Source of the DNA: Octopus sinensis
Taxonomy: Eukaryota
Length of the DNA: 64,000 nt
Assembly (NCBI RefSeq): GCF_006345805.1
Contig: NC_043005.1
Coordinates: forward strand, 57,474,001 to 57,538,000
Reading direction: 5' to 3'
The notes under the pieces were generated by a model. The model was not told the origin of the DNA and did not search any database. It saw nothing but the letters and a program-made list of their open reading frames with translations. A program made the position numbers and the translations under genes. Below, piece after piece: positions 1 to 12,477 of the stretch. Numbering within the stretch: position 1 is the first letter of the stretch; each line of letters begins with the position of its first letter.

Positions 1-189
1 GCATACATACATCATACATCCATACATACATACATCAAACATACAGACATACACATACATACATACATCCATACATGCATACATACATACATACATACAT
101 ACATACTGCATACATGCCAACATACATACATACTACATACAGACAGACCAGACAACCCAGACAGACAGACAGATAGATAGATAGAAGAT

Positions 190-249
<60 letters not shown>

Positions 250-480
250 TAGATAGATGTGCATATGTGTACGTATGTATATATGTATCAATACATATAT
301 AAAATGCATATACTATATATATACATATACATATACATACACACCACACACACACACCACACATATATATATATAGGGAGAGTTTATGAAAAAAAAACAA
401 ATATATACATATATAGATATATATGTACACATACATATACATACATGCATCCAGACATAGATACATACATACATACATGC

Positions 481-513
<33 letters not shown>

Positions 514-660
514 TGCATGTCTGTCTGTCGGTCTGTCTGTCTGTATGTATGTATGTATGCATGTATGTATGTATGTATGTATGTATGTATGTATGTATGT
601 ATGTATGTATGTATGTATACACACACACACACACACACAAACAAACAGAAAGACAGGTAG
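1..660. repeat. Compound microsatellite (CATA/GACA/GATA/TA/TATG/CA)
   Basis: Direct reading; explains ORFs 35..676, 259..660 and similar. Confidence 0.95.
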
Positions 661-994
661 ACAGACAGCCAGACAAGTAAGTAGACTGACAGTCGATTGA
701 AGCTTTGTTGGAATTAACATTGTGGATGTCACCCGCATCATAAAGTAGCCGTCCGAAAATGTCATCAGTGTATGACCTATCTAAGAGTCACAATGTCGTG
801 GCTAGAAGATTACATAGAGAAATTTGAAACGCGGAGGTATAAAGTAAGAAGCCATAGTGACGTGGAGCGTATAAACCACGCGTAATATTAAAGAATACTG
901 ATAGAATATTCCTGTCAAAACTTCAATGAAATGTATGCAGTAACAGATCAGAAACAATGATCAGTTACCCAGTAGCGGATGCCAACATAATATT

Positions 995-1069
995 GATTTC
1001 AAGTTTTGGCACAAGACCAGCAATTCTAGTGGTGAGGATAAGTCGATTACATCGACTCCAGGGATCTTT
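995..1069 (-). mobile_element. SINE family B, 3' tail fragment
   Basis: ttgatttcaagttttggcacaagaccagcaatt...taagtcgattacatcgac matches tails at 22823 and 23060. Confidence 0.6.
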
Positions 1070-1390
1070 TCGGTTTGAACGGCAGTTTTTAACATAATTT
1101 CGAGGTAACTAAAAAATTTTAAACTTCGTATACTGGTAGAATGTGTTTATAAGACATCTTTTTCTCTTGGCTTTATTGAGAAAATTCTATAGTTTGTAAG
1201 ATATTTGGTCTTTAATTTCTTGCATTTCGGCAATTTCAACCAATCAATGACCGTCTATTGAGGTGAAAACGTTCTGTGCCGTATGAATAAGTCCCTCGTT
1301 TAAGAAACAGATTGGGTTTATTTACATTTGCGAAGAAAAAATGCCCCCCACCCCTAACCCTAACCCTAACCCTAAAACAGATTGAAATGC
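1070..1390. mobile_element. Unclassified repeat or MITE-like fragment containing (CCCTAA)4
   Basis: Discrete block between two SINEs; CCCTAA x4 at 1352-1375; no second terminus seen. Confidence 0.35.
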
Positions 1391-1501
1391 CCTTTGCCGA
1401 ACCGCTAAGTTACGGCGACGTAAACACGCCACCATCTGTTGTCAAGCGATGGTGGAGGACAAACACAGACACACAAACACACACACATACGTACATATAT
1501 T

Positions 1502-1539
<38 letters not shown>

Positions 1540-1662
1540 ATAAAAATGGACAAGAACGCAAAAATCGAGATAGACAATACAAAAAGCATGGACGGGTCAT
1601 TTGAAGCCTTTAATCTTCAGTCAAGAACCGGATCATCCTCTCAACATATATATATATAGATA

Positions 1663-1725
<63 letters not shown>

Positions 1726-1887
1726 GACGGGCTTCTTTCAGTTTCCGTCTACCAAATCTACCCACAAGGCCTTGGTCGGCCCGAGGCTATAGTAGAAGAC
1801 ACTTGCCCAAGGTACCACGTAGTGGGACTGAACCCGGAACCGTGTGATTGGTAAGCAAGCTACTTACCACACAGCCACTCCTGTGCC
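1390..1887 (-). mobile_element. SINE family A (tRNA head, CORE-like CCTTGGGCAAG), 3'-truncated, with nested insert
   Basis: Matches copies at 12074, 30263, 42885, 44013, 62532; A-box TGGCTGTGTGG, B-box GGTTCAGTCC. Confidence 0.85.
1540..1645. mobile_element. Short repeat inserted in the SINE-internal (TA)n; related to 62130-62510
   Basis: Shares aaaatgg(g)acaagaacgcaaaaa(a)tc, agatagac and acgggtcatt with the 62.1 kb copy; (TA)n on both sides. Confidence 0.5.
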
Positions 1888-1894
1888 TATTCAT

Positions 1895-2160
1895 CAGTTT
1901 TTTTCAATGGCCGTTTCTTTGCGGTCGGCTTTTGGTGGATGAGGTAGAGTATTACCCCCGTTTGAGTTTCTTGCCATGATGTAGGCTCATCTGGGTTCTT
2001 GGACAGCAGAAGGGCACGGTATTTCTTGAAAACACCTACACCTACTGCAAGGAGATCCCTCGGGTTTTTTTGGCAAGATATTAAATAGCTGCGGGCCTTT
2101 AAATCACAAACTATTACGGCACTTTTCCATACTGTAAACGGGATGAGTGGGATCTGCATA
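1895..2160 (-). pseudogene. CR1/L2-group LINE ORF2 C-terminal fragment
   Basis: Frameshifted NSL*FKGPQLFNILPK / DL..VGVGVFKK..LLLSKNPDEP..LIHQ. Confidence 0.55.
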
Positions 2161-2629
2161 CGCATATACATACATGCACACATACATAAAAATACGTAAT
2201 ACATACATACATACATACATACATACATACATACATACATACATACATACGTACGTACGTACGTACGTACGTATGTACATATGTACATACATAGAAAAAA
2301 GAAACTTGATGCGGTTTCTCCAAATCCAATCTGTTAGAGGCATAGTGCCGATTTATAAGACATACCAAAATTTCTCCGTCTGAGATTCTTATGTGAATAT
2401 ACGCACATACTTGGGTGTATGCATTGACAGTCCAACCAACACACCAACTCAAACACGTATCTAGAAACACCGGGAACTCTCTTTATTCAAAATGTCTTGT
2501 CGCTTTGTTAGCAACCGACTGAAATTCTCCCTCAAGATCTTAAGTAAAACTCAAATAAAAATCATGCATACGTGTGTTTGTTTGTTTGTTTGTGTGTTGT
2601 GTGTGTGTGTGTGTGTGTTTTTTTTTGTT

Positions 2630-2864
2630 GAACGGTGGAACTTGAAGTAGATAGAGCTATAAATAATAGCTTGTAAATATCGAGTTAAAAACCTCACTAA
2701 AACCCTTTGAATAGAAAAAATGGAAGTTTACTTGTAAGAGTTCTCATCTATAAACATAGAAGAAAAAACCCACCGACTTTATCTGCCCAAAAGGGTTTTT
2801 TTCCACCCCAATATTTACATGCTATTATTTATAGCTTTATTTGCTTCGAGATCAACCGTCCCTC
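2630..2864. mobile_element. MITE with about 51-bp imperfect terminal inverted repeats
   Basis: 2630-2680 versus reverse complement of 2811-2861: about 43/51 identity; right end followed by TTAA. Confidence 0.55.
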
Positions 2865-2950
2865 TTAAAAAAGACACGCGTACATACACGCGCGCGTACA
2901 TCTTGATATCAATAAAAACAGAACAGCCAGCTTGCTGTGGGGAGTGGAAA

Positions 2951-2984
2951 GTCCAACGTTTCAGACAGAGTTTTCGTCAGAGTA
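2951..2984 (-). ncRNA. Degenerate minimal hammerhead ribozyme motif
   Basis: CTGACGA-AAA-CTCTG-TCT-GAAA-CG-TT-GGAC; canonical core, AACGTT palindrome, weak stems I and II. Confidence 0.4.
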
Positions 2985-3597
2985 AAGTTAACAGGAAAGG
3001 ATTTAATGATTCAACAGTTTTACATCCTCTTACTTAGAAAAACTGACTGCAGCTGATAAGGAATGCAGGACTTCTGGAGCTTCATACGTGAACAAAAAAA
3101 ACTGAGACATATAAATTCTAATATTTTTAGAGATTTAATGTTTTTGCAAGAAATTTCGCTAATTTAATTGCTTCCGGAAATTCGATATTTCGAATATGTA
3201 AATTGCGATTATTTTCAGAATACCTCTTTATGATTCTAACGTTTGGAAGGAATTTCATTCACCACAGTTGAAATAATTTGCCTACGAACTACGACGTCGA
3301 GTGATTAGAGATAGACAGAGTAATAAAGAATGTCATTTAGTCTGGATGAAAAAACTCGTACATTATACAACTTCGTAATCGAATATTAGTATTTAAATAT
3401 GCATACACGCATATTTATTGATGTAATAAATCAACGAACGAATAAATAAATAAATGAATGAATGAAATAATATGCTGAAAATAGATATCTTAATAAATCA
3501 GTAATAATAGATTACAATAAAATGGAATCTGCAGTTTATGAGCGATACACTTGCAGATCTACCGCTAAACAAGTGGAGATTCAAAAGTAATACTCAA

Positions 3598-3982
3598 TCT
3601 CTCTCTATATAAACGGCAGTTTGTCTGTGTGCGTGTCTGTGTGTCTGTTAGGTTGTACCCTCACCCTGACCACGGCTTTCAACCGATTCTGATGAAACTT
3701 GACACACACATAGCCCAATGTCATAATTCAAAACTAACGCAGCGAAAATTTTGAAAAGTTCCCCCGGTTCTGAAAAAAAATCGATAAATTCGACATGGGG
3801 TCGAGAATCAGAAACACAAACCACAGATTGTCTAGGGGACGCAACTCGACCTTTTTAACTCTCAAAAAAAATTTACCATAATTTTACTTCCGTTTTTTTG
3901 CTATTTTTTGGCTATAACTCTCTAAAAATGCTTTATAGTTATTTCCCTTACAAACCCGAGCAATGCCGGGCGATACTGCTAG
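3598..3982 (+). mobile_element. Non-autonomous Helitron, complete
   Basis: A|TC start; CCCGAGCAATGCCGGG hairpin at 3955-3970; CTAG|T end; no TSD. Confidence 0.85.
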
Positions 3983-4269
3983 TAGGTAATATTTATGTGT
4001 ATATTTGTACAAAATATTATATTCTCTTTCTGCCCCATCTCTCTCTGTCTCTGCGTCTGTTTCTGCCTGTCTGTTCTACCTCCTCCCTTCCTCCCCACTC
4101 TCTCTCTCTCTCCCTCTGTTGCGTGGACACCCCCAGACGATGAAGTAGACTAGCCCAATGCGTAGATATAGAGGGAGAAGTCTAGACATCGTGAGTAGGA
4201 ACAGTTGTAGTGGATTTAGTAGAAATCGAACCACTAATGAAATATTACTAAAAAGTAAATAAGTATGTC

Positions 4270-4488
4270 AGTTTAACCAAAACCGGGTATCTTATAGTCG
4301 TGATTCATATCGAGCCCTTCTGGGTATTAGCGCACGTCTACGATGAGTCAACGATTTAAAAAAAAAATTACCATAATTTTTTTTTCCATTTTTAATGCAT
4401 TTTTTTCTATTTTTTAGCTATAACTCTCTAAAAATGCTTTATAGTTATTTCCCTTACAAACCCGAGCAACGCCGGGCGATACTGCTAG
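4270..4488 (+). mobile_element. Helitron 3' part, same terminus family as 3598-3982
   Basis: About 80 bp nearly identical to the 3' end of the previous element; hairpin plus CTAG|T at 4485-4489; 5' limit approximate. Confidence 0.7.
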
Positions 4489-4914
4489 TACATGATAAAA
4501 ACGGACAGTTTAAAAAGATTAATGGTACTGCATGTGATGAGGGGTATATATTTGTTCTATGTATTGTCCCCTTTGTGGTGTCCTGTCTGTCCTTGATAAT
4601 CCCCCTCTATGTTTGGTTCCTTCTGGCCAATAAAGAAACCGAGTAGGAACAGTTGAGTAGCGGTGGGGGGTAGACTAGAGTAGAGTAGCAGTAGAGAGTC
4701 GAACAGAGGAGTAGAGGTCACCCGAACGTGCGACATAACACTCTCCCCCTTATAAAACTCATCAATGTTTAAATTTTTGATCTGCCATCATATTCATTCA
4801 GCTTACGAAATCGAGTGCACTCACAATAGCTTTTTAATGCGGTTGTACGTGTTTTAAAAACATTAAAAAAAAAACCCCAAAAAACATGCGCCAATGTGTT
4901 TCTTAGTCCATACC

Positions 4915-5075
4915 CAGGAAAAATGCTTAACAGCATTTCGTCCGTCTTTACGTTCTGAGTCCAAATTTCGTCGAGGTTGACTTTGCCTTTCATCCTTTCC
5001 GGGTCGACAAAATTAAATATCATTTCATTAACGGGGACGATGTAATCGGCTTAGACTCTCCCATCACACCAACAT
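4915..5075 (+). mobile_element. SINE family B (Meta-domain-like core), partial
   Basis: gttctgagtccaaatt...ttgcctttcatcctttccgggtcgac. Confidence 0.7.
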
Positions 5076-5224
5076 TATTGACATTTACCATTTAAACAAG
5101 CAACCATTACGATTCCTACAATTACTCATAATGTTTATTATAAGTTGTTCTTTTGGGTTGATTATTATTCATATTTTCTTTATTGTTGGATTTCGATTTT
5201 CGAATTTTAATCTTTTTTTATCAT

Positions 5225-5588
5225 TTTACTTAAGTCATTTGAGTGCGGCCATGCTAGAGCATCGCCTTGAAGTATTTTAGTCGAACGAATCGACTCTAGG
5301 ATTTTTTAAAGCCTAGTACTTATTCTATCGCGCCTTGAAGTATTTTAGTCGAACGAATCGACTCTAGGATTTTTTAAAGCCTAGTACTTATTCTATCGGT
5401 CCTTTTTGCTGACCCGTTAAGTTACACACGAACACCAGTTGTCAAACGACGATGGTGGACAAACACAGACATAACCCCCCCCCCATATATGTGTCTTAAT
5501 CCACTCACAAAGCGCCAAGCGATGGGACTGAATCCAGAACCATATGGTTGGAAAGTAAGTTTCTTACCATACACCCACGCCTGCGCCT
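5225..5588 (-). mobile_element. SINE family A, older variant, with 68-bp tandem duplication
   Basis: Tail and head motifs present; 5263-5330 identical to 5331-5398. Confidence 0.8.
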
Positions 5589-5671
5589 ACACACACACAT
5601 ACATACATACATACATACATACATACATACATACATACATACATACATACATACACACTTGCAAACTGATT

Positions 5672-5755
5672 ACTGAGCGTTATACTAATACATCTGTTTG
5701 TTTTGTACACCACCTGTCTTCGTCTTTTGTTGTGTTTTTTTCGTGAACTTTCCTA
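5672..5755 (+). mobile_element. pLTR 3' fragment (family of 24606 and 38625)
   Basis: ctgagcgttatactaatacatctgtttgttt..caccacctgtcttcgtcttttg nearly identical to about 38730-38800. Confidence 0.65.
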
Positions 5756-5764
5756 TATATGTAT

Positions 5765-6000
5765 ATATATTAGAGGAAAAAGGACAACAAAAACGAAGAG
5801 AGGCCGTGTATCTCAAGTCATTTAGAATATATAATTAGAGCAAGGTGAATCTGAAGTAATTAATTAATTAGTTAATTAATTAATCGATGCTTACAGCTGT
5901 TTCTGGAGTATCCCACGTGATAGGTTAGCACCTCCATACAGTGGGTATTCCGTCATCAGAGACAAAGTGGGTATTAATGAAAGTTCTAGACAGGGAATTC
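5765..6000 (-). mobile_element. pLTR-like mini-element with hammerhead motif, next to (TA)n
   Basis: Homologous to 57195-57440 (ggacaacaaa, atctcaagtcat, HHR). Confidence 0.6.
5888..5963 (-). ncRNA. Hammerhead ribozyme motif, long stem II
   Basis: GTCT-CTGATGA-C[GGAATACCCAC..GTGGGATACTCC]A-GAAA-CAGCTG-TA-AGC; palindromic ACAGCTGT; stem I damaged. Confidence 0.6.
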
Positions 6001-6096
6001 ATATATAATATATAATATATATTAATATATAATATATATATTATATATATATATAGTATATATATATATGTATATATATATATATTATATATATAT

Positions 6097-6158
<62 letters not shown>

Positions 6159-6701
6159 GTATATATATACGTATGTATGTACATATGTATGTAATATATA
6201 TACTTCCTTTTTGTATTTCGTTTGCAAGATTTTTTAAATGTGATTTGTGTGCTGGAGCAAATCTTGTGTCTATAATATATATAAGTACACATATGTGTGT
6301 TTGTCTGTGTGTCCATGTATGTACGAATGTAAATGAAAAAGTAGAAAATATCAATAGTTCATACCCTCATAGCAGTATAATCTCAAACAGCAATAGGTTC
6401 GTACTGTAGGATCACATTCATAATCTGATCTATGGTAGCCAGTCTATGAAACATCACTTTAGGTACCTACAGCTGGATTTTAACACGAGCTCGTTTATCG
6501 GTCACGAAAAGTCAAAATCCAACATTTAACAAAATATGAATAATGATCAATCCCAATAGAATTTCTAATAACAAGCTTGAAATGAGGGATTGAACGAATC
6601 GCAGTTTGCTTGTCTAAAATGGTAAATGTCAACAATATTGTATATAAATGTAGGGTAATTACACGGTCACGCACTAAGAAGTACATTGGCTCATCATTTG
6701 T

Positions 6702-7123
6702 CTTTTACATGTTTCAATCATTAGATTGTGACCATGCTGGGGCACCGCTTTGAAGAATTTTTAGTCAAATGAATCGACCCCAACACCCTCTTTTTCTTTT
6801 CTTTTTTTTCTAAGCCTGGTACTTATTCTTTCGGGGTCTTTTGCTGAAGTGATAAGTTACGGGGATGCAAACACAGCAACACTGGTTGTCAAGCGGTGGC
6901 GAGTGACAAACACAAGCTCAAAGAAACACACACACACATTTATGTGTGTGTGTGCGTGTGTGTGTGTGTGTGTGTGTATGATAGGCTTTCTGTTTTCTAC
7001 CAAATCCATTCACAAAGTTTTGGCCGGCACTTTTCCAAGGTGCCACGCAGTGGGAACGAACCCAAAACCATGTGGTCTTGTGAATGGGAAGTAAGCTGCT
7101 TACCATACAGCCATGCTTCCGCT
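6702..7123 (-). mobile_element. SINE family A, diverged
   Basis: Colinear with other family A copies. Confidence 0.8.
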
Positions 7124-8528
7124 TATATATATATATATATATTTATTTTTAAGTGCTTATTCACTTGTGTACCCTTTTATAAAGCTACGGTTGGTACACC
7201 CGATTTCATTAGCTGAATACGCTTAGCAGATCATAAAATTTAAGCATTGATTATAAATTACACTGGGACATTGTAAAATTCGCAACACAATTTACGGGAG
7301 AACTGAGGGCTTTTTGAGAAAGTTGCTAGAAGGCAATAGACAATTGTCTTTCTTATACATCAACTCTGAATAAATTGTAACGCGCAAATATTTAATTGCA
7401 ATCACAATATTCATGACAGGATTCGAGATAACATTTAAACTTGCATTTCCGATACCAAGCTAGGGTCTATTTGTGCTGTTACCAATTAAATACGATTTTA
7501 TATCTTACAAAATCTTTTCTGTTCTTTAAATGTTAAAAATCACTGAAATTTTATATTATAGCGAAATACTCATAAAACTTATATTAGATTTCCTTATTAG
7601 ATGTGTGTGTGTGCACATACGTTTAATTTTAAAAATATACTTATATATATCTGCTCCTATATATACACATGTACGTGTGTATATATTTCAGTCTATATAT
7701 GTGTATATATTTGTATATGTGTGTGTGTGTGCGTGTGTACATATTTGGAACTATGTATGTGTATATCTCTATATGCATGTATGTGTGTATATATTTGAAG
7801 CTATATATATGTAAATATCTATACGCGTATATGTATTGTGTGCGTTTATCTATGAGTGTGTGTGCGTACGTGTGTGTCTGTGTGTGTGTGGTGTGTGTGT
7901 GCGCGTATCTACTTTCATGTCTGTGTGTTTACTGATATGTGTACTGGTTTGTATAGACATATATCAGGATGCTAGAATTATATAGGTTATCTTTGCATGC
8001 ATGCACACACACACACAAACACACACGCACACAAACACACACAAACACACACGCACACACACACATGCACACACATACACACACGTAGAAATACATATAC
8101 ACTTGCATGCATCTATGTATGTATATGTATCTCTCTCTCTCTATATATATATGCTTTTCTACATCTTTATAGTGTGCGAACGCGTGCGCGCACGCGTGAG
8201 TGGTGCGTGCGTGCGTGTGTGTCTGAGTATATCTCGGCGTATACAGGCGCTTGCGTAGTAAGTGTCCTGGCGATGATGCAAGGTGGATGTTGGCTGTAGT
8301 GTATTCAGCCATTCATAACTGATTTACGATTCTTTCAATATTTCTCCATTTCGCGAATTCTGATACTAAGAAAGATCTTATCAGCTAATTTCTAAGGTCT
8401 ACATGATTAAGAACATAATCTAATAGGTCGTAAATCTAAGAGCACACATCTGTCTATTTCTGTCAGCTTGTCTGCTCGTCTTCTCCTATGTACATTGCAT
8501 CATGCTTGCAGACGGCCTTTATATAGTC

Positions 8529-8619
<91 letters not shown>

Positions 8620-8752
8620 AGTCTGTCTGTCTGTCTGTCTGTCTGTCTTCCTGCCTGTCTGTCTGTCTGTCTATCTATCTTTCTATCCATTTAACTATAT
8701 CTATCCACCTACCTACCAACCTACCTAACTACCTACCTGCCTACCTACCTAC

Positions 8753-8810
<58 letters not shown>

Positions 8811-8827
8811 GTCTGTCTGTCTGTCTG

Positions 8828-8865
<38 letters not shown>

Positions 8866-8945
8866 TTCCATCCATTTAACTATATCTATCCACCTACCTA
8901 CCTACCTACCTACGTACATACCTACCTACATACCTACCTACCTAT
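8529..8945. repeat. Compound (ATCT)/(GTCT)/(ACCT) microsatellite with 185-bp higher-order duplication
   Basis: 33-bp junction identical at 8685-8717 and 8870-8902. Confidence 0.9.
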
Positions 8946-9215
8946 TTATCTAGCTATATCGATCGATCTACATTTCTAGGTTTTTGTATAAATTTGTATG
9001 TATGTATGTGTATGCATATATGTATGTATATATATACACACATATACATATATATACATATATACATACACATATACATATATATGTACACATACACATA
9101 CATACATATATATATATATACATACATACCACACATACGCACACACACACATATATATACATACATCATACATATACATACATACATACATATATATATA
9201 TAGATATAATATATA

Positions 9216-9294
<79 letters not shown>

Positions 9295-9380
9295 CAGTAA
9301 TCTCTAGACTATCACGGATGTTACGTTCCAAGCCCCATCCCCCGCAATTGGTGAAAATCTGCGAATTAGAAACAGTACTG
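9295..9380 (+). mobile_element. pogo/Tigger-like left terminus
   Basis: TA|CAGTAATC..TATCACGGATGTTACGTTCCA..GGTGAAAATCTGCG; partner TIR not found. Confidence 0.4.
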
Positions 9381-9439
9381 TACTGTATATATTTTTTAAT
9401 CATTTTTATAATTTGCATAAATTTATTTTATTATAAATG

Positions 9440-9890
9440 CTCAACAATACCACACACTCGCCTCCCGAGTTTCGTTTACCACTTACCACGTTTATTTGGC
9501 TTGCATCTGTGTAGGGTGTTTGTGACAGACGCTGGATATCCGTTGATTTCAAGTATCTCGAGGGACTGCAATCTGCGTCCCAGTTGGCACTGTCATTGCA
9601 TCTGTTGTGTATACGGGCGATCTTATTTTGTATGTAGCCAGTCTAAGCCCTGATGGAGAGGGCTATCTTAAAAATGGGCTAAAAGATTTCGGAAGGCTGC
9701 CTGTCGGTAGAAAACCGCGTGAATTTTTCTCACGTCTGTGATGCTTAAACAAAAGTCAAGCAAGGAGAAAGAACCATTGCCGTTCAGGTGTTCGATAATG
9801 AAGTGGATATGCTGGTCCACATCAATGAAGGTTTCCAGTATTGAGGAGGCATCCATATGAGATGAAGTGAGTATGAAGATGCCGTCCTTC
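9440..9890 (-). pseudogene. Degenerate Penelope-like RT C-terminal fragment
   Basis: IFIL..ILETF..DQHIHFIIEH..NGSFSLLD..FYRQ..HF and LEINGYP motifs, with stops. Confidence 0.65.
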
Positions 9891-9892
9891 TT

Positions 9893-10118
9893 CTCAACAT
9901 AGTCACTGTTTCTCTCAATAGCAATGTTTCACCTTCGAATGAGGGCAAGTATCCCTGCCCCGTAAAATTCTGTTGACTGTTCTTTGAGCCACTTCTTCAC
10001 TACAGTTTTCACTTCCTCGTCACTGGAATAATTTAGCGCCCTCAGACTATCATCTCTTCGGCCCCATGAAAGAGGGTTTGAGAGCAAACATTATTCTAGT
10101 GACAAGGAAGTGAAAACT
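9893..10118. pseudogene. mariner transposase C-terminal fragments in both orientations
   Basis: Minus: YSSDEEVKTVVKKWLKEQSTEFY..DYVEK; plus: PSDYHLFGPMKEGLR..YSSDKEVKT. Confidence 0.8.
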
Positions 10119-10314
10119 ATCTTGTTTTGTTCTTACTGTCCTGTTCTTGATACCCGGAACAATGTGGTTGGGAAGCAAGCTTCTTACTACACAGCCACTG
10201 TAGTGCCTTACTTTTTTTTTTCTTAAAGAACATTAAGTATAATCTGTCTGGGTGGTCAGAGTTGGAATATCTTTGATCATAGTTCTGTCTGGGGTGAGGA
10301 TCGGAAGGCTAAAC

Positions 10315-10472
10315 AAGAATAGCAACACTAGCAACAGCAACAACAATAACAACAACAACAACATCAACAGCAACAACAAGAAGCAAAATCTGAACAATAA
10401 ACTTGTTAATGGAATATCAAAAGCAGCATGTGGAAGAACCTGATCATAGTAACATCATTATTTTCATTATCA

Positions 10473-10506
<34 letters not shown>

Positions 10507-10608
10507 CATCATCATTGTTGTCGCCGTTGTCGTCATCGTCCTCCCCTCCTACACTTTTTCTTCCTCCTCGGCCTCCTTCTCTTCCTCATTGTCATCGCCG
10601 TCGTCATT

Positions 10609-10665
<57 letters not shown>

Positions 10666-10678
10666 GTCATCGTCATCG

Positions 10679-10710
<32 letters not shown>

Positions 10711-10942
10711 ATCATCGTTGCAGTAGCAGCAGCAGCAGCAGCACCCCCACCACCACCACCACCACCACAACCATCCTTCTCCTTTTCCTCCTCCCCCTCG
10801 TCCCCATCATCATTACCACAATCATCCTCATCATCGTCGTAATTATCAACGCCACCAACCATCACTACGATCACGTCGTCCTTGTTGTCCTCACCACCAC
10901 CACCACCACCACCACCACCACCACTCCTCATCGTCATCATCG

Positions 10943-10976
<34 letters not shown>

Positions 10977-10980
10977 TAGC
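10315..10980. repeat. Trinucleotide microsatellite mosaic (AAC, ATC, GTC, AGC, ACC)
   Basis: Direct reading; source of the poly-H/S/D/M pseudo-ORFs. Confidence 0.9.
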
Positions 10981-11319
10981 CACAGCAACAACAGTGTCAG
11001 TCACAGCGGCTACAGCTGTGGCACCATTAACATTCCCGACAGCTAAACACCATTTGGTATCGAATTGTGCAATGAAAAAAATAAGGAAAAACATTATGTA
11101 ATCTATTGAAAAATGTCTAGCATAACTCGACTACACAAGTCAGTTATTGATCTATCGATCTATTGAAGTGTCCACCTTCGAACAATGACTAAAATTTCTC
11201 GATAGCAATTGTCCGTCCGGTAGAAAGGATGTGGGATTAGGGAAAGTGTATAATTTTAAACATGTTATTTTATGAGGCCCATATATTATGTATATGTGTA
11301 CGCGCGCACGCGTGTGTGT

Positions 11320-11357
<38 letters not shown>

Positions 11358-12073
11358 CACCACCCAACACACCACAGCTATCGTTCTCCTTTCCTCCTCC
11401 TCCTCCTCCTATATACATATATGATCACGTGACCGACCAGGCTATCAGATGTTGTTACACATCGCTGGTCACAATGCGCTTCGCACTGTTTTAGCCTTCA
11501 AATGACGCCACCCCGCTGGCTAAGCGAACAGGCTAATATACATATATACATACATACATATATACATATATACATACATGTACACGTATGCGCAAACACA
11601 TACACACACGTAAAACGTTGATTTTCCCTGACCTTTGGTTGCAATGCGTTTCCGGATTACTAAGTTTCTCGAACGAAGAGTGGTTACTTTGGTTAACAAA
11701 CTTTTAATTAAACATATGGTTTATATTTTTTATTATCCTTTACTCGTTTCTGTCACTGAACCGCACTCATGCCGGAGAACCTCCTCGAAAAAAATATAGA
11801 AGTATTATTGTGGCTTGAACACGCGACATTCTGCATGTAAAGCACGATAATAACATTGAATTTACTTAAATAATTAAGTGTAATACAGATACGAGTTTAT
11901 TAATACTGTAATGTACAAGGTGCAAGTTTGTGCAAGGTATGAAGGAAATTTGTTTAACGACTGCAGCAATTCGAAATTCCTACTCGGAAATTATGGCGGA
12001 TTATAAAAGGTTGTGGTACAAGTGTTCAGAAAGTCGATATTGTGCCGATAATATATCATATATATATATAATA

Positions 12074-12461
12074 TTTTACTGTTTCGTCAATTTGACTGCG
12101 GCCATGCTGGAGCACCGCCTTTTAGTCGAGCAAATCGACCCCGGGACTTATTCTTTGTAAGCCCAGTACTTATTCTATCGGTCTCTTTTGCCGAACCGCT
12201 AAGTGACGGAGACGTAAACACACCAGCATCGGTTGTCAAGCAATGCTAGGGGGACAAACACAGACACACAAACACACACACACACATATATATATATACG
12301 ACGGGCTTCTTTCAGTTTCCGTCTACCAAATCCACTCACAAGGCATTGGTCGGCCCGGGGCTATAGCAGAAGACACTTGCCCAAGATGCCACGCAGTGGG
12401 ACTGAACCCGGAACCATGTGGTTGGTTAGCAAGCTACTTACCACACAGCCACTCCTGCGCC
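12074..12461 (-). mobile_element. SINE family A, full length, young subfamily
   Basis: Highly similar to 42885-43286 and 44013-44433. Confidence 0.9.
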
Positions 12462-12477
12462 TATATATATATATATA

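Noticed and set aside
765-840. Short open frame MSWLEDYIEKFETR flanked by AG and GT
   Set aside because: No polypyrimidine tract and no recognisable homology
4533-4740. Possible small solo LTR (TGTGATG...CATAACA with AATAAA)
   Set aside because: No matching target-site duplication and imperfect termini
11415-11535. GC-richer block that may be an alternative SINE tail
   Set aside because: Single copy in the window, no head or TSD; cannot be supported from this sequence alone
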